Part shown: one piece after another, positions 9,570 to 19,793 of the stretch | How positions within the stretch are numbered: the stretch's first letter is position 1 | Layout: every line of letters starts with the position of its first letter | Position numbers and translations under genes: made by a program | From: Acidobacteriota bacterium | Lineage (GTDB): Bacteria > Acidobacteriota > UBA6911 > RPQK01 > JAJDTT01 | Assembly: GCA_965209055.1 (NCBI GenBank) | Contig: OZ242374.1 | Coordinates: 3,136,001-3,200,000 of the forward strand | Length of the DNA: 64,000 nt | Direction: 5' to 3' | The notes under the pieces: model-generated | The model's database searches: none | What the model saw: the letters and a program-made list of their open reading frames with translations, nothing else | What the model was told of the DNA's origin: nothing

Positions 9570-10796
9570 ATGCAAAGAATAGCCGCCGCTCTCGTTGCAG
9601 TCTTGTGGGGCAGCGTCACTGCGGACGGCGCCCAACTTCCGCCGGAAACATCACTTGGCGCCCAGAAGGAGTTAGTGGTTGGGGATGTTGCGCCCGGATT
9701 CGACACTGGAGGAACTCTCCAATTCCTTGAAGGAGAAGACCTGGAATTTTCCTCTCTTCGTGGAAAAACAGTAGTCTTCGAGTTCTGGGCAACATGGTGC
9801 GTTCCATGCATCCAAGCTATTCCTCACTGGAATGACCTGATCAAGGAGCTTTCCGGGAAACCCATTACTTTCATCTCCATTTCAATTGATGAAGACGAAT
9901 CTCGGCTTCGTGACCTCCTAAAGTCAACACCTATCTTGGGCCTATCGGCCTGGGACCCAGATCGAAAATGGTTCAAGGCCTACCAGGGGACATCCGTCCC
10001 CCACACTGTGATCGTGGATTCCGCTGGCAAAATCGCCGGGATCACTTCACTTAAGAAACTGACCGTAGGAATACTTGAGAAGATCACAAACGGTGATCCC
10101 TTTAATCTTCCCCCAAAGCAGGTGTCTTCCGCCAACGCGGATTGGGATCGGAAAGAGATTGGCTGGGACGATGGGATCGAGCCTTTGGCGCAGGTCATCA
10201 TCAAACCTGTGTCTGTAACCGGCTCTGCCTTGAATTATTCTCCCGGAAGCAATCGACTCTCTGGAGATGGTTTGCGTCTTGAGACCTTGGTCCATACGGC
10301 GTATGAAACAAGCCTCCTGTATCTGGATTACCGCTTGCCTCACTCAAGACAAGGGTACCGTGTCTCAGCTTTCGTGCCACAAGGACAAGAGGCTCGACTT
10401 CTGCCTCTCCTACGGGAGACTCTAAAAGCCAGCCTGGGATTGTCCATCCGTTGGGAAACTCAAGAGAAAGAAGTACTCGTTCTGAAGCAGCTGCTGGGCG
10501 AGGAGAGTAGGCTTAGACCTTCACAAGCAGAGCAAAGTGCCCGCGGGTGGAAGCGGGGCACCCTCTATGGAACCAAGCAAACTATGGAGGAACTTTGTGT
10601 CGCTGTCGCTAATCTGATGGAGATTCCGGTCGTTGCTGAGACCGCCCTCAGTGGCCAATACGATTGGGAACTCCCCTTCCAACCGGGCAACCCGGATGTC
10701 TTAATGGCCAGCCTGCGCAAGAGGCTAGGTTTGGTGGCGGAAAGAGCCCGCCGCCAGATTCAGGTTCTCGTCGTCGAAAAGGCCGTGTCTCGATAA
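9570..10796 (+). CDS. Secreted TlpA/redoxin domain fused to a TIGR03435-like domain
   Basis: Signal peptide, FWATWCVPC (CxxC), C-terminal PVVAETALSGQYDWEL...LGL...VLVVE. Confidence 0.8.
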   Translation: MQRIAAALVAVLWGSVTADGAQLPPETSLGAQKELVVGDVAPGFDTGGTLQFLEGEDLEFSSLRGKTVVFEFWATWCVPCIQAIPHWNDLIKELSGKPITFISISIDEDESRLRDLLKSTPILGLSAWDPDRKWFKAYQGTSVPHTVIVDSAGKIAGITSLKKLTVGILEKITNGDPFNLPPKQVSSANADWDRKEIGWDDGIEPLAQVIIKPVSVTGSALNYSPGSNRLSGDGLRLETLVHTAYETSLLYLDYRLPHSRQGYRVSAFVPQGQEARLLPLLRETLKASLGLSIRWETQEKEVLVLKQLLGEESRLRPSQAEQSARGWKRGTLYGTKQTMEELCVAVANLMEIPVVAETALSGQYDWELPFQPGNPDVLMASLRKRLGLVAERARRQIQVLVVEKAVSR

Positions 10797-11141
10797 CGTA
10801 CGCTGGCAACCCCTGAAATCGGTCCCTTCAGGACACAGGATCAGGTGGTATCGGTTTTCTCTCGTGGACTCTTTCAGGTGTCGGCATCTCCCCTGGTCCG
10901 CTACCGAGTCTCCCGCGAACTACCCAACAAGTTTTCGCCCGACGCAATCTCGGACGCCTTCCTCGACAATGGGACGACCGCGTGCCATTCATTGCCACGA
11001 TGGCCGCTGGTTAGAGTTCCCCGGCTTTTCCGGGAGCAGGGATCAACTTGTATTCGCCCGGAAACACGGTCCTGGAGAAGCGGATAAGACTCCTCCAATA
11101 GGGGTTAGGGTTCCAAAAGATCAACCTGTTGGACTCTATTC

Positions 11142-11735
11142 CTATCCACCGCAGGCTTCTGCGTTCGCTCGCAAGTACTCACTCAGGAAGCCATCGAGGA
11201 GACTCGTAAGACGATCGACGATGGGTCCAGAATCGTTGCCTCCCACTTCGTCGCTGCCAAACCCTACGCCACGAGACCTCCACGTCGTCGCCGTGTGCTT
11301 CCATCCGCTGACCGGATCGGTCACGATCTTGTTGAATCGCAGAGAGATGACGAACGCCGTTGCCTCCGAGGAGACTCCCATGAAATCGACAGAGACATCC
11401 AGATACGCATGGGCCGCTTCGCTTCTCAAACCTGTGTAGGGACCCAGGTAGATGTGTTTCCCCCGTAAGCTGTTTTCGGCTACGGCTCCGATGCGGTCCC
11501 CAAGGAGTTTGAATTCCATTGGAGTGAGATCGTTTGGACCCTCAGTACCACGCGAATATCCCAACCCAACACCCAGTTCTATGGGACGACAGGCGTTGTA
11601 AAGCCTGAAGTGATCGTAACCCGGGAGAGCCGAGGCGGGTTGCTTCGCAGCGAGTCCGGTTTGAACCACGGCCAGGGCGGCGAAGGAGATGGTCTTTAGT
11701 ATGAGGCCGGAAGGGTGAATGCTTTGGTAGGTCAT
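11142..11735 (-). CDS. Secreted hypothetical protein
   Basis: Signal-like N-terminus; FRLYNAC start and EYLRANAEAC end. Confidence 0.65.
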   Translation of the reverse strand: MTYQSIHPSGLILKTISFAALAVVQTGLAAKQPASALPGYDHFRLYNACRPIELGVGLGYSRGTEGPNDLTPMEFKLLGDRIGAVAENSLRGKHIYLGPYTGLRSEAAHAYLDVSVDFMGVSSEATAFVISLRFNKIVTDPVSGWKHTATTWRSRGVGFGSDEVGGNDSGPIVDRLTSLLDGFLSEYLRANAEACGG

Positions 11736-11789
11736 AATTCAAGATTTTACCACGGGCCGACTATTAGAATCTCTTCCTCACCTGATTTG

Positions 11790-12243
11790 GAACTCCCGCC
11801 GTCGGGGACGACCGAAGTATTTTTTCCACGTCGATCCGGGACACGCGACCGACAAGGACTTGCGCTCCTGAGCAGCCTTGCGCCGGCGTCTCTGGGAGAG
11901 CTTGCACGAGAAGGGCCGCACGATCCAAGGGGTGGCCGTCGCCCGGGAGGACCGGGCGCTGGAACGGGCCGAAACCGTGTTGCGCCACTGGATCCGGGCC
12001 TCCAGCCCCAAGGTTAACTTAGGGGACCCTGCGGCGGCCAGAGAGTACGCCAAGAGCAAACGGACCGTGCTCACGGGAGATTCGACCGTGATCAATCCCT
12101 GTGGCGGCTTGACAGCCGCGTTGAAGCGGGCGATCTGGTGCCAAACGTTGGTAGATACAGCAAACCGCTCCGTCGGCGGGGTCATCAACAGCTATTGCAG
12201 GGGGAGCGCAACTCGTTTGCCGGAGGCTGATTTTGACCGCTGA
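11790..12243 (+). pseudogene. Remnant of an element backbone protein (paralog of 16932-17320)
   Basis: FFHVDPGHATDKDLRS*AALRRRLWESL...VAVAREDRALERAETVLRHW aligns with FVYVDPGRDTDPELLSWGAEHNRLWAAL...VAVARDDLRRERAGKILRRW. Confidence 0.7.
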
Positions 12244-12537
12244 AAAGTGGAATTTCGTGACGATCAGGGAGCGCACATGGGACAACGGGGGGCATGTGCA
12301 CGAAAGAGGCCTTTCGGTGTGCACGGACACTTTTCTCTAACCGCCTATGCCCGTTCCAGTTACGGCTCGCCTCGCGGCGTGGCGGTGCCGAACGGGGAAT
12401 TCTGAGGTGGACGGGAGCGACCCCCCTGTTTTGCCTCCCGGATCGGCAATGCGGGGCAGGCAAATGTGCACTCTCCGTGCCATCACCTTGGGGGGTCGCT
12501 CCCGTCTCACTATCCCTGGCGGGAAGGCCCCTGTGAC
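12231..12537 (+). repeat. Hairpin module A, copy 2 (same outer stem, different interior)
   Basis: TTTGACCGCTGAAAAGTGG start, GGTGGACGGGAGCGACCCCCC ... GGGGGGTCGCTCCCGTCTCAyTATCCCTrGCGGGAAGGCC. Confidence 0.85.
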
Positions 12538-12579
12538 GACCTCCAGACAACTTCAACCGCTTGTGGCAAGATAGCGACC

Positions 12580-14349
12580 ATGTACCAGACCGGCCTTACC
12601 ATTGAGGAGACCCTCAAACAAATCCAAAAGCGCGACCTCGTACTCCCCGCGATCCAGAGGGAGTTCGTCTGGCGTCCAGAGCAAATTTGCCGACTCTTCG
12701 ACAGCCTGATGCAGGGGTTCCCGTTCGGAACGTTCCTCTATTGGAAGGTGGATCCGGAGAACAGCGACAAGTTCAACTTCTACGGCTTCGTGCTCGACTA
12801 CCACCAGCGTGACAATCGACATTGCTCGCCGCTTCCGTCCATGCCAAACACGCCGCTCACCGCAGTGCTCGATGGACAGCAGCGCTTGACGGCCCTCAAT
12901 GTCGGACTACGAGGGAGCATGACGTGGAAACTGCCGCGTCTGTGGTGGAACAATCCCAAGGCCTTCCCGAAACGACACCTCTATCTGGACCTCCTGTGGA
13001 ACGCTGGCGAGGATGATGAGGAGGGGACCGGGTATCGCTTCAACTTCCGGCGCGAGGCCGAGCCCCGCCAACGCGATGCCACGGCGGGGAATGATGCCGA
13101 ATGCTGGTTCCGCGTGAGCGACGTGTTGTCGATGGACGGTGGTCCGGCGATGGTGCGGTGGCTGAACAGGCGCCTCAAACAGCGGTTTGTGGACCATGCC
13201 TACGAGACTCTCGACCGGCTTCACAGGGTGGTCCGTAAGGACCACGTGGTGGCGTACTACAAGGAGCGGAGACAGACACTGGACGACGTCGTACAGATAT
13301 TCATTCGTATGAATGACGGCGGCACCCCCCTCTCTCACTCCGACCTGCTCCTGTCGATCGCCGTGGCGCAATGGACAACGCACGATGCGCGTGAGGAGAT
13401 TCACGAACTCGTGGACGGGCTCAATCGGATCGGCTTGGGGTTCTCCTTCTCGAAGGACCTGGTTCTCAAGGCCGGACTGATGCTGAGCGACATCGGGAGC
13501 GTGGGATTCAAGGTGGACAACTTCAATCGCGAGAACATGGCCGTTCTCGAGGAACAGTGGACATCCGTCAAATCGGCGCTCACGTTAACGGTCCAGTTGG
13601 TCGCGGGGTTCGGTTTCAGCCGGGCAACGCTAACCGCGCATAATGCCATTCTGCCCATCGCATACTACCTGCACCGGAGCAAGCATGCGGAGTCGTTCCT
13701 CAGCCACAGCGGGCATGAGGACTACCGGGAGAGGATTCGCAGATGGCTGATCCGCAGTCTGCTGAAGAGCGGTGTCTGGGGCAGTGGCCTCGATACGTTG
13801 CTCACAGCGCTGAGGAGGGTGATCCGCGAAGATGCGACCCAGGAATTCCCTGCCGCCCGGCTTGGCGAGGAGATGGCCCGCCGAGGGCGGGAACTCGTGT
13901 TCAATGATGAAGAAGTCGAAGAACTGGCGGACACGGAGTATCGCAGCCCGCGCGTCTTCGCGCTTCTCTCGCTCATCTTCCCCTTCGTGGATCTGGGGAA
14001 GCTGTTTCATGTGGACCACGTCTTCCCGGTCGCGAAGTTCAGCAAGCGCAGGCTGCGCGATGCGGATATCCCCGAGGAGAAAATCGAAGGATTCCGGGAG
14101 CGGGTGAACCGGCTCGGCAACCTCCAACTCCTGCCCGGGCCGGTAAACACGGAGAAGAGTGCGACCATGCCGGTCGAATGGTTGGCTCGGGCGTATCCTG
14201 AAGAAATGCGACGAAGGTCACACGTTCACGATCACATGCTGGGCTCCGTACCTGAAAAAATGACGGGGTTCGTTGATTTTTACAGCGCGAGAAGGACGGG
14301 CCTCGTCAAAAGAATCAAGAGGCTGCTGGGGAACGAGGGTTCCAACTGA
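12580..14349 (+). CDS. DUF262 + C-terminal HNH (DUF1524-like) protein, GmrSD/SspE-type defence nuclease
   Basis: PAIQREFVW, DGQQR, FIRMN (DUF262); HVDHVFP...NRLGNLQLL...N (HNH). Confidence 0.85.
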   Translation: MYQTGLTIEETLKQIQKRDLVLPAIQREFVWRPEQICRLFDSLMQGFPFGTFLYWKVDPENSDKFNFYGFVLDYHQRDNRHCSPLPSMPNTPLTAVLDGQQRLTALNVGLRGSMTWKLPRLWWNNPKAFPKRHLYLDLLWNAGEDDEEGTGYRFNFRREAEPRQRDATAGNDAECWFRVSDVLSMDGGPAMVRWLNRRLKQRFVDHAYETLDRLHRVVRKDHVVAYYKERRQTLDDVVQIFIRMNDGGTPLSHSDLLLSIAVAQWTTHDAREEIHELVDGLNRIGLGFSFSKDLVLKAGLMLSDIGSVGFKVDNFNRENMAVLEEQWTSVKSALTLTVQLVAGFGFSRATLTAHNAILPIAYYLHRSKHAESFLSHSGHEDYRERIRRWLIRSLLKSGVWGSGLDTLLTALRRVIREDATQEFPAARLGEEMARRGRELVFNDEEVEELADTEYRSPRVFALLSLIFPFVDLGKLFHVDHVFPVAKFSKRRLRDADIPEEKIEGFRERVNRLGNLQLLPGPVNTEKSATMPVEWLARAYPEEMRRRSHVHDHMLGSVPEKMTGFVDFYSARRTGLVKRIKRLLGNEGSN

Positions 14350-14458
14350 AGGGGATTGGCCGCTAGAGACGGCCTTAGAAGCCCTCGACCCTCACTAGCT
14401 ATGGTTCATTCTTTCGCTTCATGCTCCCGGTCAGTCTGTTGGAAATCCCCCCTGCCAT

Positions 14459-16400
14459 CTAGTCCGAAGTTCCAGCCATAGAGACAAGATAACTCCTTGA
14501 TTTCAAAAGGATAACTCACGAACTCGACTTCGTCTGCACGGGGAACGTCCGAACCAGCTCCAGTGCCCGTCGCTGCAGCGGCGTCGGTTCCGTCACTCGT
14601 TGCGCCCTCGGACCGTCCGGGTCCGAGGCCATTCGGCACTGGTGGCGGGCCCGCGTCCCCAGCTCCGCCATCAGCGTGGCGAAGCTGTGGATCGGCAGCC
14701 CGTCCTCGGTCTGCCGCTTGCTCTTCTTCCGTTTCGCCGACGCCGACGGCTCGGCCCTCAGCACCGGGTCTCGTCGTGCCCGGTGCGCCTCCAGGTCCTC
14801 GTCATCGAACAGCAACGGGGCCAGGGCTCGGCGCAGATGCCACTCGACGTAATACGACAGCAAACACAAGAACAGGTGCGCGCGGACCCGCCTCTCCGCC
14901 CGGTGTCGGATGGGCCGGATCTGCAAGTCCACGGTCTTCAGGCAGCGGAAGGCCCGCTCCACGTTCGTCAGGTTCTTGTAGCTGCGCACCACCTCGGGGG
15001 TCGGCAACCGGTCCTCCGGTTCGCTGGTGCGCAGGATGTAGAAGCCGTCCAGTTGCGCCTCGCGGGCAATGGCCTCACTCCGCCGGGCGTACTCGAAGCG
15101 CCCATCCTCGATCACCAGCTGGAAGTGCTTGGCCATCTTGTGCCGGTTCTTGACCCGACCCACCTTCTCGGCGATCTGGATCGCCAGCAACGGGGTCTTG
15201 GTGCGCCGCGCCACCTCCCGGGCGATCCGGGCCAGCTTCTCTTCCGTGGCCGCCAACAGGTCCTGGCGTTTGCCCCGTCGATACTCGGCCAGCATCGGAT
15301 TGTAACAGACGACGAGCCGTACTCCCGGATAGGACTCGGTCTGGATCTCCGCCAGGTGCTGCTCGTCGAAGAGGGAGCGTTGAACGGCTTTGTTTTCAAC
15401 CAGTTTGCGAATGGCCTCATGGCGCAAGGCCGAGATCCAGCCCAGTCCCGGATGGCGCTTCAGGTGCTTGATCTGGGTCTCGGTCAGCAGACCCCGATCC
15501 CCCACCAGCACCACCCGCTTCAACCCGAAGCGCTGACGCAGCCTCTGCACCTGATCCGGTACCGTCACCGGGTCCCCCGTGTTGCCCGGATAGGCCTGGA
15601 CGGCCACCGGCCGTCCCGCCCGATCCGCCATCACCCCGTAGACCACGATCGGTCGGCCCCGCTTGCCGTCCCGGCTGTGGCCGAACCGCATCAAGGAACA
15701 GGTGTGGCCTTCGTAGAAACTGCTGGAGAGGTCGTAGAGCACGTGATCGCCTTCGGCCAAGTGCCGCCGGGCCAGTTTCTTCTCAATCCTCTCCTGACGT
15801 TGGAGCAACCAGTCCATGACTTGGTACAGGTCGTGCTCGTCGGCGTCCTCCAGGGAGAGCTCGGAGGCCACGGTGGTGGTGTGCCAGAGGCGGGTGGTGG
15901 CCAGCTTGGAGGCGGGATGCAGCAAGCGCTGCATGATCAGGGCCAGCACCAGGTCCCGCTGGCGCGACGGGCGGTAATCGATCAGAGCGGGGAGTCGGAG
16001 GTGGCGGAGGGCCTTGAGGAGGACCTCGACATGACCGTGGGGGAGGGAGCGTTCGATGACGAAGAGTTCGTCGGGGTGAACGAGGGGGACGTTCTTGAGG
16101 ACGAGTCGCATGCGTTGGATCTTGTCCTGTGGCCAACCGGTGAGGTTGGCGATGGTGCGTTTACGGACGCGTTTGCCTTCGCGCCAGCCTTCACGGAGGA
16201 GGACGGCGGGGCGGGAATTTCGGTTGGGGACGATGTCGATGTACATGGCAACCATTATAGTACATAACAATATTATTTTACACTGGATAAGTCTTTTTAA
16301 ACATGGGAACAAATAAGGGCAGACTGGACGCCTCTACCGTAAAGGAATCAACCATTTAGCTCGATTTCAAGGGCGTGAAATGTCTGGAACTTCGGTCTAG
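14459..16400 (-). mobile_element. IS1634-family insertion sequence
   Basis: Terminal IRs CTAGTCCGAAGTTCCAG / CTGGAACTTCGGTCTAG (16/17 match); outer flanks do not match. Confidence 0.85.
14516..16246 (-). CDS. IS1634-family DDE transposase
   Basis: MYIDIVPNRNSRPAVLLRE, YDLSSSFYEG, FGHSRD, VGDRG, YKNLTNVERAFR, IRPIRH. Confidence 0.92.
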   Translation of the reverse strand: MYIDIVPNRNSRPAVLLREGWREGKRVRKRTIANLTGWPQDKIQRMRLVLKNVPLVHPDELFVIERSLPHGHVEVLLKALRHLRLPALIDYRPSRQRDLVLALIMQRLLHPASKLATTRLWHTTTVASELSLEDADEHDLYQVMDWLLQRQERIEKKLARRHLAEGDHVLYDLSSSFYEGHTCSLMRFGHSRDGKRGRPIVVYGVMADRAGRPVAVQAYPGNTGDPVTVPDQVQRLRQRFGLKRVVLVGDRGLLTETQIKHLKRHPGLGWISALRHEAIRKLVENKAVQRSLFDEQHLAEIQTESYPGVRLVVCYNPMLAEYRRGKRQDLLAATEEKLARIAREVARRTKTPLLAIQIAEKVGRVKNRHKMAKHFQLVIEDGRFEYARRSEAIAREAQLDGFYILRTSEPEDRLPTPEVVRSYKNLTNVERAFRCLKTVDLQIRPIRHRAERRVRAHLFLCLLSYYVEWHLRRALAPLLFDDEDLEAHRARRDPVLRAEPSASAKRKKSKRQTEDGLPIHSFATLMAELGTRARHQCRMASDPDGPRAQRVTEPTPLQRRALELVRTFPVQTKSSS

Positions 16401-16519
16401 TTCACTACCCCTGACTGCTATGCTGCTCTTCGGGTCCGGATTCCCTCTCCACGGCCCAATTCCCGGCCCGCGCAAGCTCTTCAAACTTGGAGTTGAGGCT
16501 CGAAACTCGCCCATGAAGT

Positions 16520-16930
16520 CCACGGCTTGACCGAACGGTTACGTCCGTTCACGGCCACGAAGGGCCAAAGACATCCGTTTCATCCCGGTGGAAAGAATGG
16601 TGGAGAAAGCGGTGTCGATAAATTCGTAACTCTTTTATAGTGAATGGGGTACGGAAGTTATAGAAACAGTCCGCAGGGATCAATGAAGAAGTGAGCGCCC
16701 CCCCCGCACACGCCGCGCCGGTGTCCAACGGAGTGGAACACTGACAGCGCTTGCGTGACGTGCGAGGCACGAAAACAGGGGGGTCGCCTCACTTCTCCTG
16801 CCCGGACTCCCCGTCCGGGCGCGCCTCCTCCGGAAGGACGGGGACAACCCGAAGGGGCTCAACAGGATGGCGGAAAGGGGGCGTGTAACACTCGCCGCTC
16901 CGGGAGTGGAACACACCCCCCCATGTGTGT
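16520..16930 (-). repeat. IS66-like IR end + AT-rich segment (homolog of 28995-29160) + diverged hairpin module A'
   Basis: 16520-16680 aligns with 28995-29160; stem GAAGTGAGCGCCCCCCC / GGGGGGTCGCCTCACTTC at ~16687-16795. Confidence 0.7.
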
Positions 16931-16931
16931 T

Positions 16932-17320
16932 TCACATCCCGGGACTTCGCCGGACAGGCCCCCGGAGGTGGAACACGGCCTCGGGACCCGGGCTGGCCCA
17001 GCGCCGCAGGATCTTCCCGGCCCGCTCCCGGCGGAGGTCGTCGCGGGCCACCGCGACCACGTGCACCGGGTGGTCTTGTGCGCGTAGCGCAGCCCAGAGC
17101 CGGTTGTGCTCCGCCCCCCACGAGAGCAGCTCCGGGTCGGTGTCCCGGCCGGGATCGACGTAGACGAAGGTCGCCCGGACCTTCTCCAGGGCCAGGGGGA
17201 GCTTGCGGGGGAAGTACCGGCACCGTCCCTGGGCATGGCCGGCATAGTGGCGGCACGGGAGCAGACGCCGGGAAAGGCCCAGCGCCTGCAACAGCTGCGT
17301 CACCTGCGGATCGACGAGGT
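16932..17320 (-). pseudogene. Remnant of an element backbone protein (paralog of 11790-12243)
   Basis: ALGLSRRLLPCRHYAG...RYFPRKLPLAL...FVYVDPG; no plausible N-terminus. Confidence 0.65.
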
Positions 17321-17414
17321 CCATGGGGAGGCGAAAGGGCTTCCCAATGTCGATCGGGAGGTGTAAGGGAGACAAAGGACGCGAGTTACATCCCGGAAGC
17401 CTTTTGACTTACAC

Positions 17415-17630
17415 CTCCGATTTCCCCGATCTCTTTGTCGCTCCTGCCGTTACGGACACATTCCCGGCTTCGCCGCGCCCGCACGGGGAAATCGAAGGTG
17501 GACGGGAGCGCCCCCCCCTTTTTCCTGCCCGGTGCGGGCGTGGGGGTGTGGCGCAACTTACGTTTGCGAAACACCCCCTGGGGGGGCGCTCCCGTCTCAT
17601 TGCTCCCTGCGGGAAAGGCCACGAATGACA
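17415..17630 (+). repeat. Hairpin module A, copy 3
   Basis: High similarity to ~9000-9214, including both stems. Confidence 0.85.
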
Positions 17631-17719
17631 AGCGTGAGATCGCCCTCGACATTTGCAAATGGCCATTGACAGTTGACACTGGATATGACCGTCTCCTCCC
17701 GCATCTCCTGATATTTTCC

Positions 17720-17750
17720 CCGACACTTTTCACGAACCTCCGGTATGTAT
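17720..17750 (+). promoter_or_regulatory. Candidate ECF-sigma promoter P1
   Basis: CCGACA-N14-CCGGTATGTAT upstream of the 17994/sigma operon. Confidence 0.6.
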
Positions 17751-17993
17751 CCAAACAACCGGACCTTCGGTCTGGACCTCGATGCTCTATGAAGGGAGGC
17801 TACACCCACTTGGATGTTTTGCACTGTCCATCCAAATCTCGCCAATACGGGGTGAAGGTTGCGAGCGGTCGCTTTACCTCAATCGCAGACAATCGAGAGA
17901 TTCGGGTGAACATCCACGGATAGGCACGTTTCGTCACATCTGCCCCTTCGCGGGCGATTTCATTGACGTACTGAAGGTAGAAGGAGGTCAAGA

Positions 17994-18326
17994 ATGACCG
18001 AAACAAGGTTCAAGGCAGCGCTGACTCCTGCCAGACGACGCCTCGTCGAGGTGATGCAGGAGATCAACTACGGTCGGATCGATCAGTTCGAAGTACGCGC
18101 GGGGGACCCGGTACTCAATCCACCACCCAGGATGGTGTGCCTGATCGTGTTCGGCAAGAACAGCGGACCGAACGCATCTCGCAATCAGGAGGAATTCGCC
18201 CTCAAGAAGCCGGTCCTGGAGTTGTTCGAGATCTTCGATCGGGAGCGGTCGCTCTCAATCCAGGAACTCGTGGTCAGCGACGGTTTACCCGTCCGCATGA
18301 CTGTGGCAAACGCGATCCGAATCTGA
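17994..18326 (+). CDS. Hypothetical protein upstream of sigma factor
   Basis: AGGAGG RBS; 110 aa; LTPARRRLVEVMQEINYGRI pattern of a kind I associate with sigma-factor modules of mobile elements (not verified). Confidence 0.75.
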   Translation: MTETRFKAALTPARRRLVEVMQEINYGRIDQFEVRAGDPVLNPPPRMVCLIVFGKNSGPNASRNQEEFALKKPVLELFEIFDRERSLSIQELVVSDGLPVRMTVANAIRI

Positions 18327-18513
18327 ACCCCTGACTCGAAATAAACAGCATTGTCCACACACCAGACAACTGGCTGGCCGCAAGAGACGGAGGTCGTTGT
18401 GGGTGTCGCTGAAACCGGCGGCCTCACTGCGCTAACGCATCCCCGTTTGAATACGGCTGACCCGGAAAAGATCGACACCCACTCAAGCCTACCCAAGGTC
18501 CTGTGGAGGCTCA

Positions 18514-19101
18514 ATGGGTTTCGACAACTACGACCACGGCGTCGATCCATATGCTATTCGACTAATCAAATACAAAGCGAGAATGTTGGTGGGAAAAGCG
18601 GGATTTACGGCATCAGATCGCGAAGATCTGGAGCAGGAGTTGATCCTCGACCTGCTACACCGACTGCCGAGGTACGACCGCAACCGCGCCCGGCGCAGCA
18701 CTTTCATCGCCCGGGTGGTCGAGCACAAGATCGCCAATCTCATCAAGGCACAGAAGGCTGGCATTCGCGACTACCGGCGCTGCCGCTGTTCTCTGAATGA
18801 CCGGTTCGAAGACGAAGACGGTCGCTCCATCGAGCGGATAGATACCCTGGATCAGGAGCATAGCGGCACGCACACTGGCACGCAATCGGGACCCTCCGAC
18901 GAACTTCGCTGTCTTGCCATCGACATGGGCTACGTACTCGAAACCCTTCCTCCCGAACTCCGCGACCTGTGTCAGCGCCTGGCAAAGGAAACTGTCACCG
19001 AGATCTCCTGTAGCACCGGTTTACCGCGGGGAACGATCTACGAGTCCATCAAGAGGCTCCGGAAAATCTTCAGGGACGCCGGCTTGAAGGATTACCTGTG
19101 A
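18514..19101 (+). CDS. Sigma-70 family (ECF-like) RNA polymerase sigma factor
   Basis: Region 2 DREDLEQEL...RYD...STFIARVV; region 4 LPPELRDLC...TVTEIS...GLPRGTIYESIKRLR; GGAGG RBS. Confidence 0.85.
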   Translation: MGFDNYDHGVDPYAIRLIKYKARMLVGKAGFTASDREDLEQELILDLLHRLPRYDRNRARRSTFIARVVEHKIANLIKAQKAGIRDYRRCRCSLNDRFEDEDGRSIERIDTLDQEHSGTHTGTQSGPSDELRCLAIDMGYVLETLPPELRDLCQRLAKETVTEISCSTGLPRGTIYESIKRLRKIFRDAGLKDYL

Positions 19102-19570
19102 CGGCTCTGACGGTTGTAGGATCCTGCCGCCGCAGAAGTAGCGTCCGACGATAGCAGAACATCCTGAAGGTCTCGTTGAATCAGGGTAATCGCTTCGTTA
19201 TGCACGACTCGCGGAAACCGGCATCTGAACTTCGGCCGCCAGCACAAGAGTGTCCAAAAGTGGGCCCATGGCTGTCGATGCCGGTACTGGGAATCAGTGA
19301 TCCAAGAGACGAGTTCGGCGGAGACGGTCTACGAATTGGAAACTGGGGCTCGGAAGGTGCGCCTTCCCGGGTCGGTTTAGACACTGAACCTGGTGGTGGA
19401 TGGACAGGTTCGGAACCCGCTGAGGCTGCTCACGAACCGAAGGTGTCCCGGCCTCGACTCGATGACCCTCTCGTCTACCACAAGTCTATCCTGTCACCGA
19501 ACTGTGGCATTCGGCGGATCGTGATCGAAGTGGATGAGCCCCCGTCGACCGAAGCCTGCGCCAAGTCCAT

Positions 19571-19790
19571 ACTGGATATGACCGTCTCCCGCCGCATCGA
19601 CTGATTTTTCCTCCGACACTTTCGATCAACCCCCGGTATGTATCCCAATGATCGGACCGTCGGTCTGGCGTGCCGGAACAACCCGGTGGCCGGACAGGAG
19701 TCCATAGCAGCATCCGCGAATCTTTGCGGTGGAGCTTGGGTTCCCATGGACTCCACAGCGTAACGCTAACGTTTAACAACGAAAGGAGAC
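19571..19790 (+). promoter_or_regulatory. Promoter P2 + structured leader + RBS cassette (its gene replaced by IS5)
   Basis: Near-identical to 26275-26495; CCGACA 19613, CCGGTA 19633, GAAAGGAG 19781. Confidence 0.7.
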
Positions 19791-19793
19791 TAA

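Noticed and set aside
14438-14448. Internal GTTGGAAATCC matching attL as a third att site
   Set aside because: No hairpin arm or arm-type repeat nearby; an 11-mer match could be chance.
8906-17630. Hairpin modules as integron attC sites
   Set aside because: No clear RYYYAAC/GTTRRRY boxes, modules precede rather than follow genes, and neither integrase looks like IntI.
17648-17678. TGTCAA-starting IS21-like end (minus strand), similar hint at ~10804
   Set aside because: No partner IR or duplication identified; too short to call.
19176-19604. 142-aa ORF after the sigma gene as an anti-sigma factor
   Set aside because: TTG start without clear RBS, no TM or ZAS motif, and it runs into the P2 cassette.
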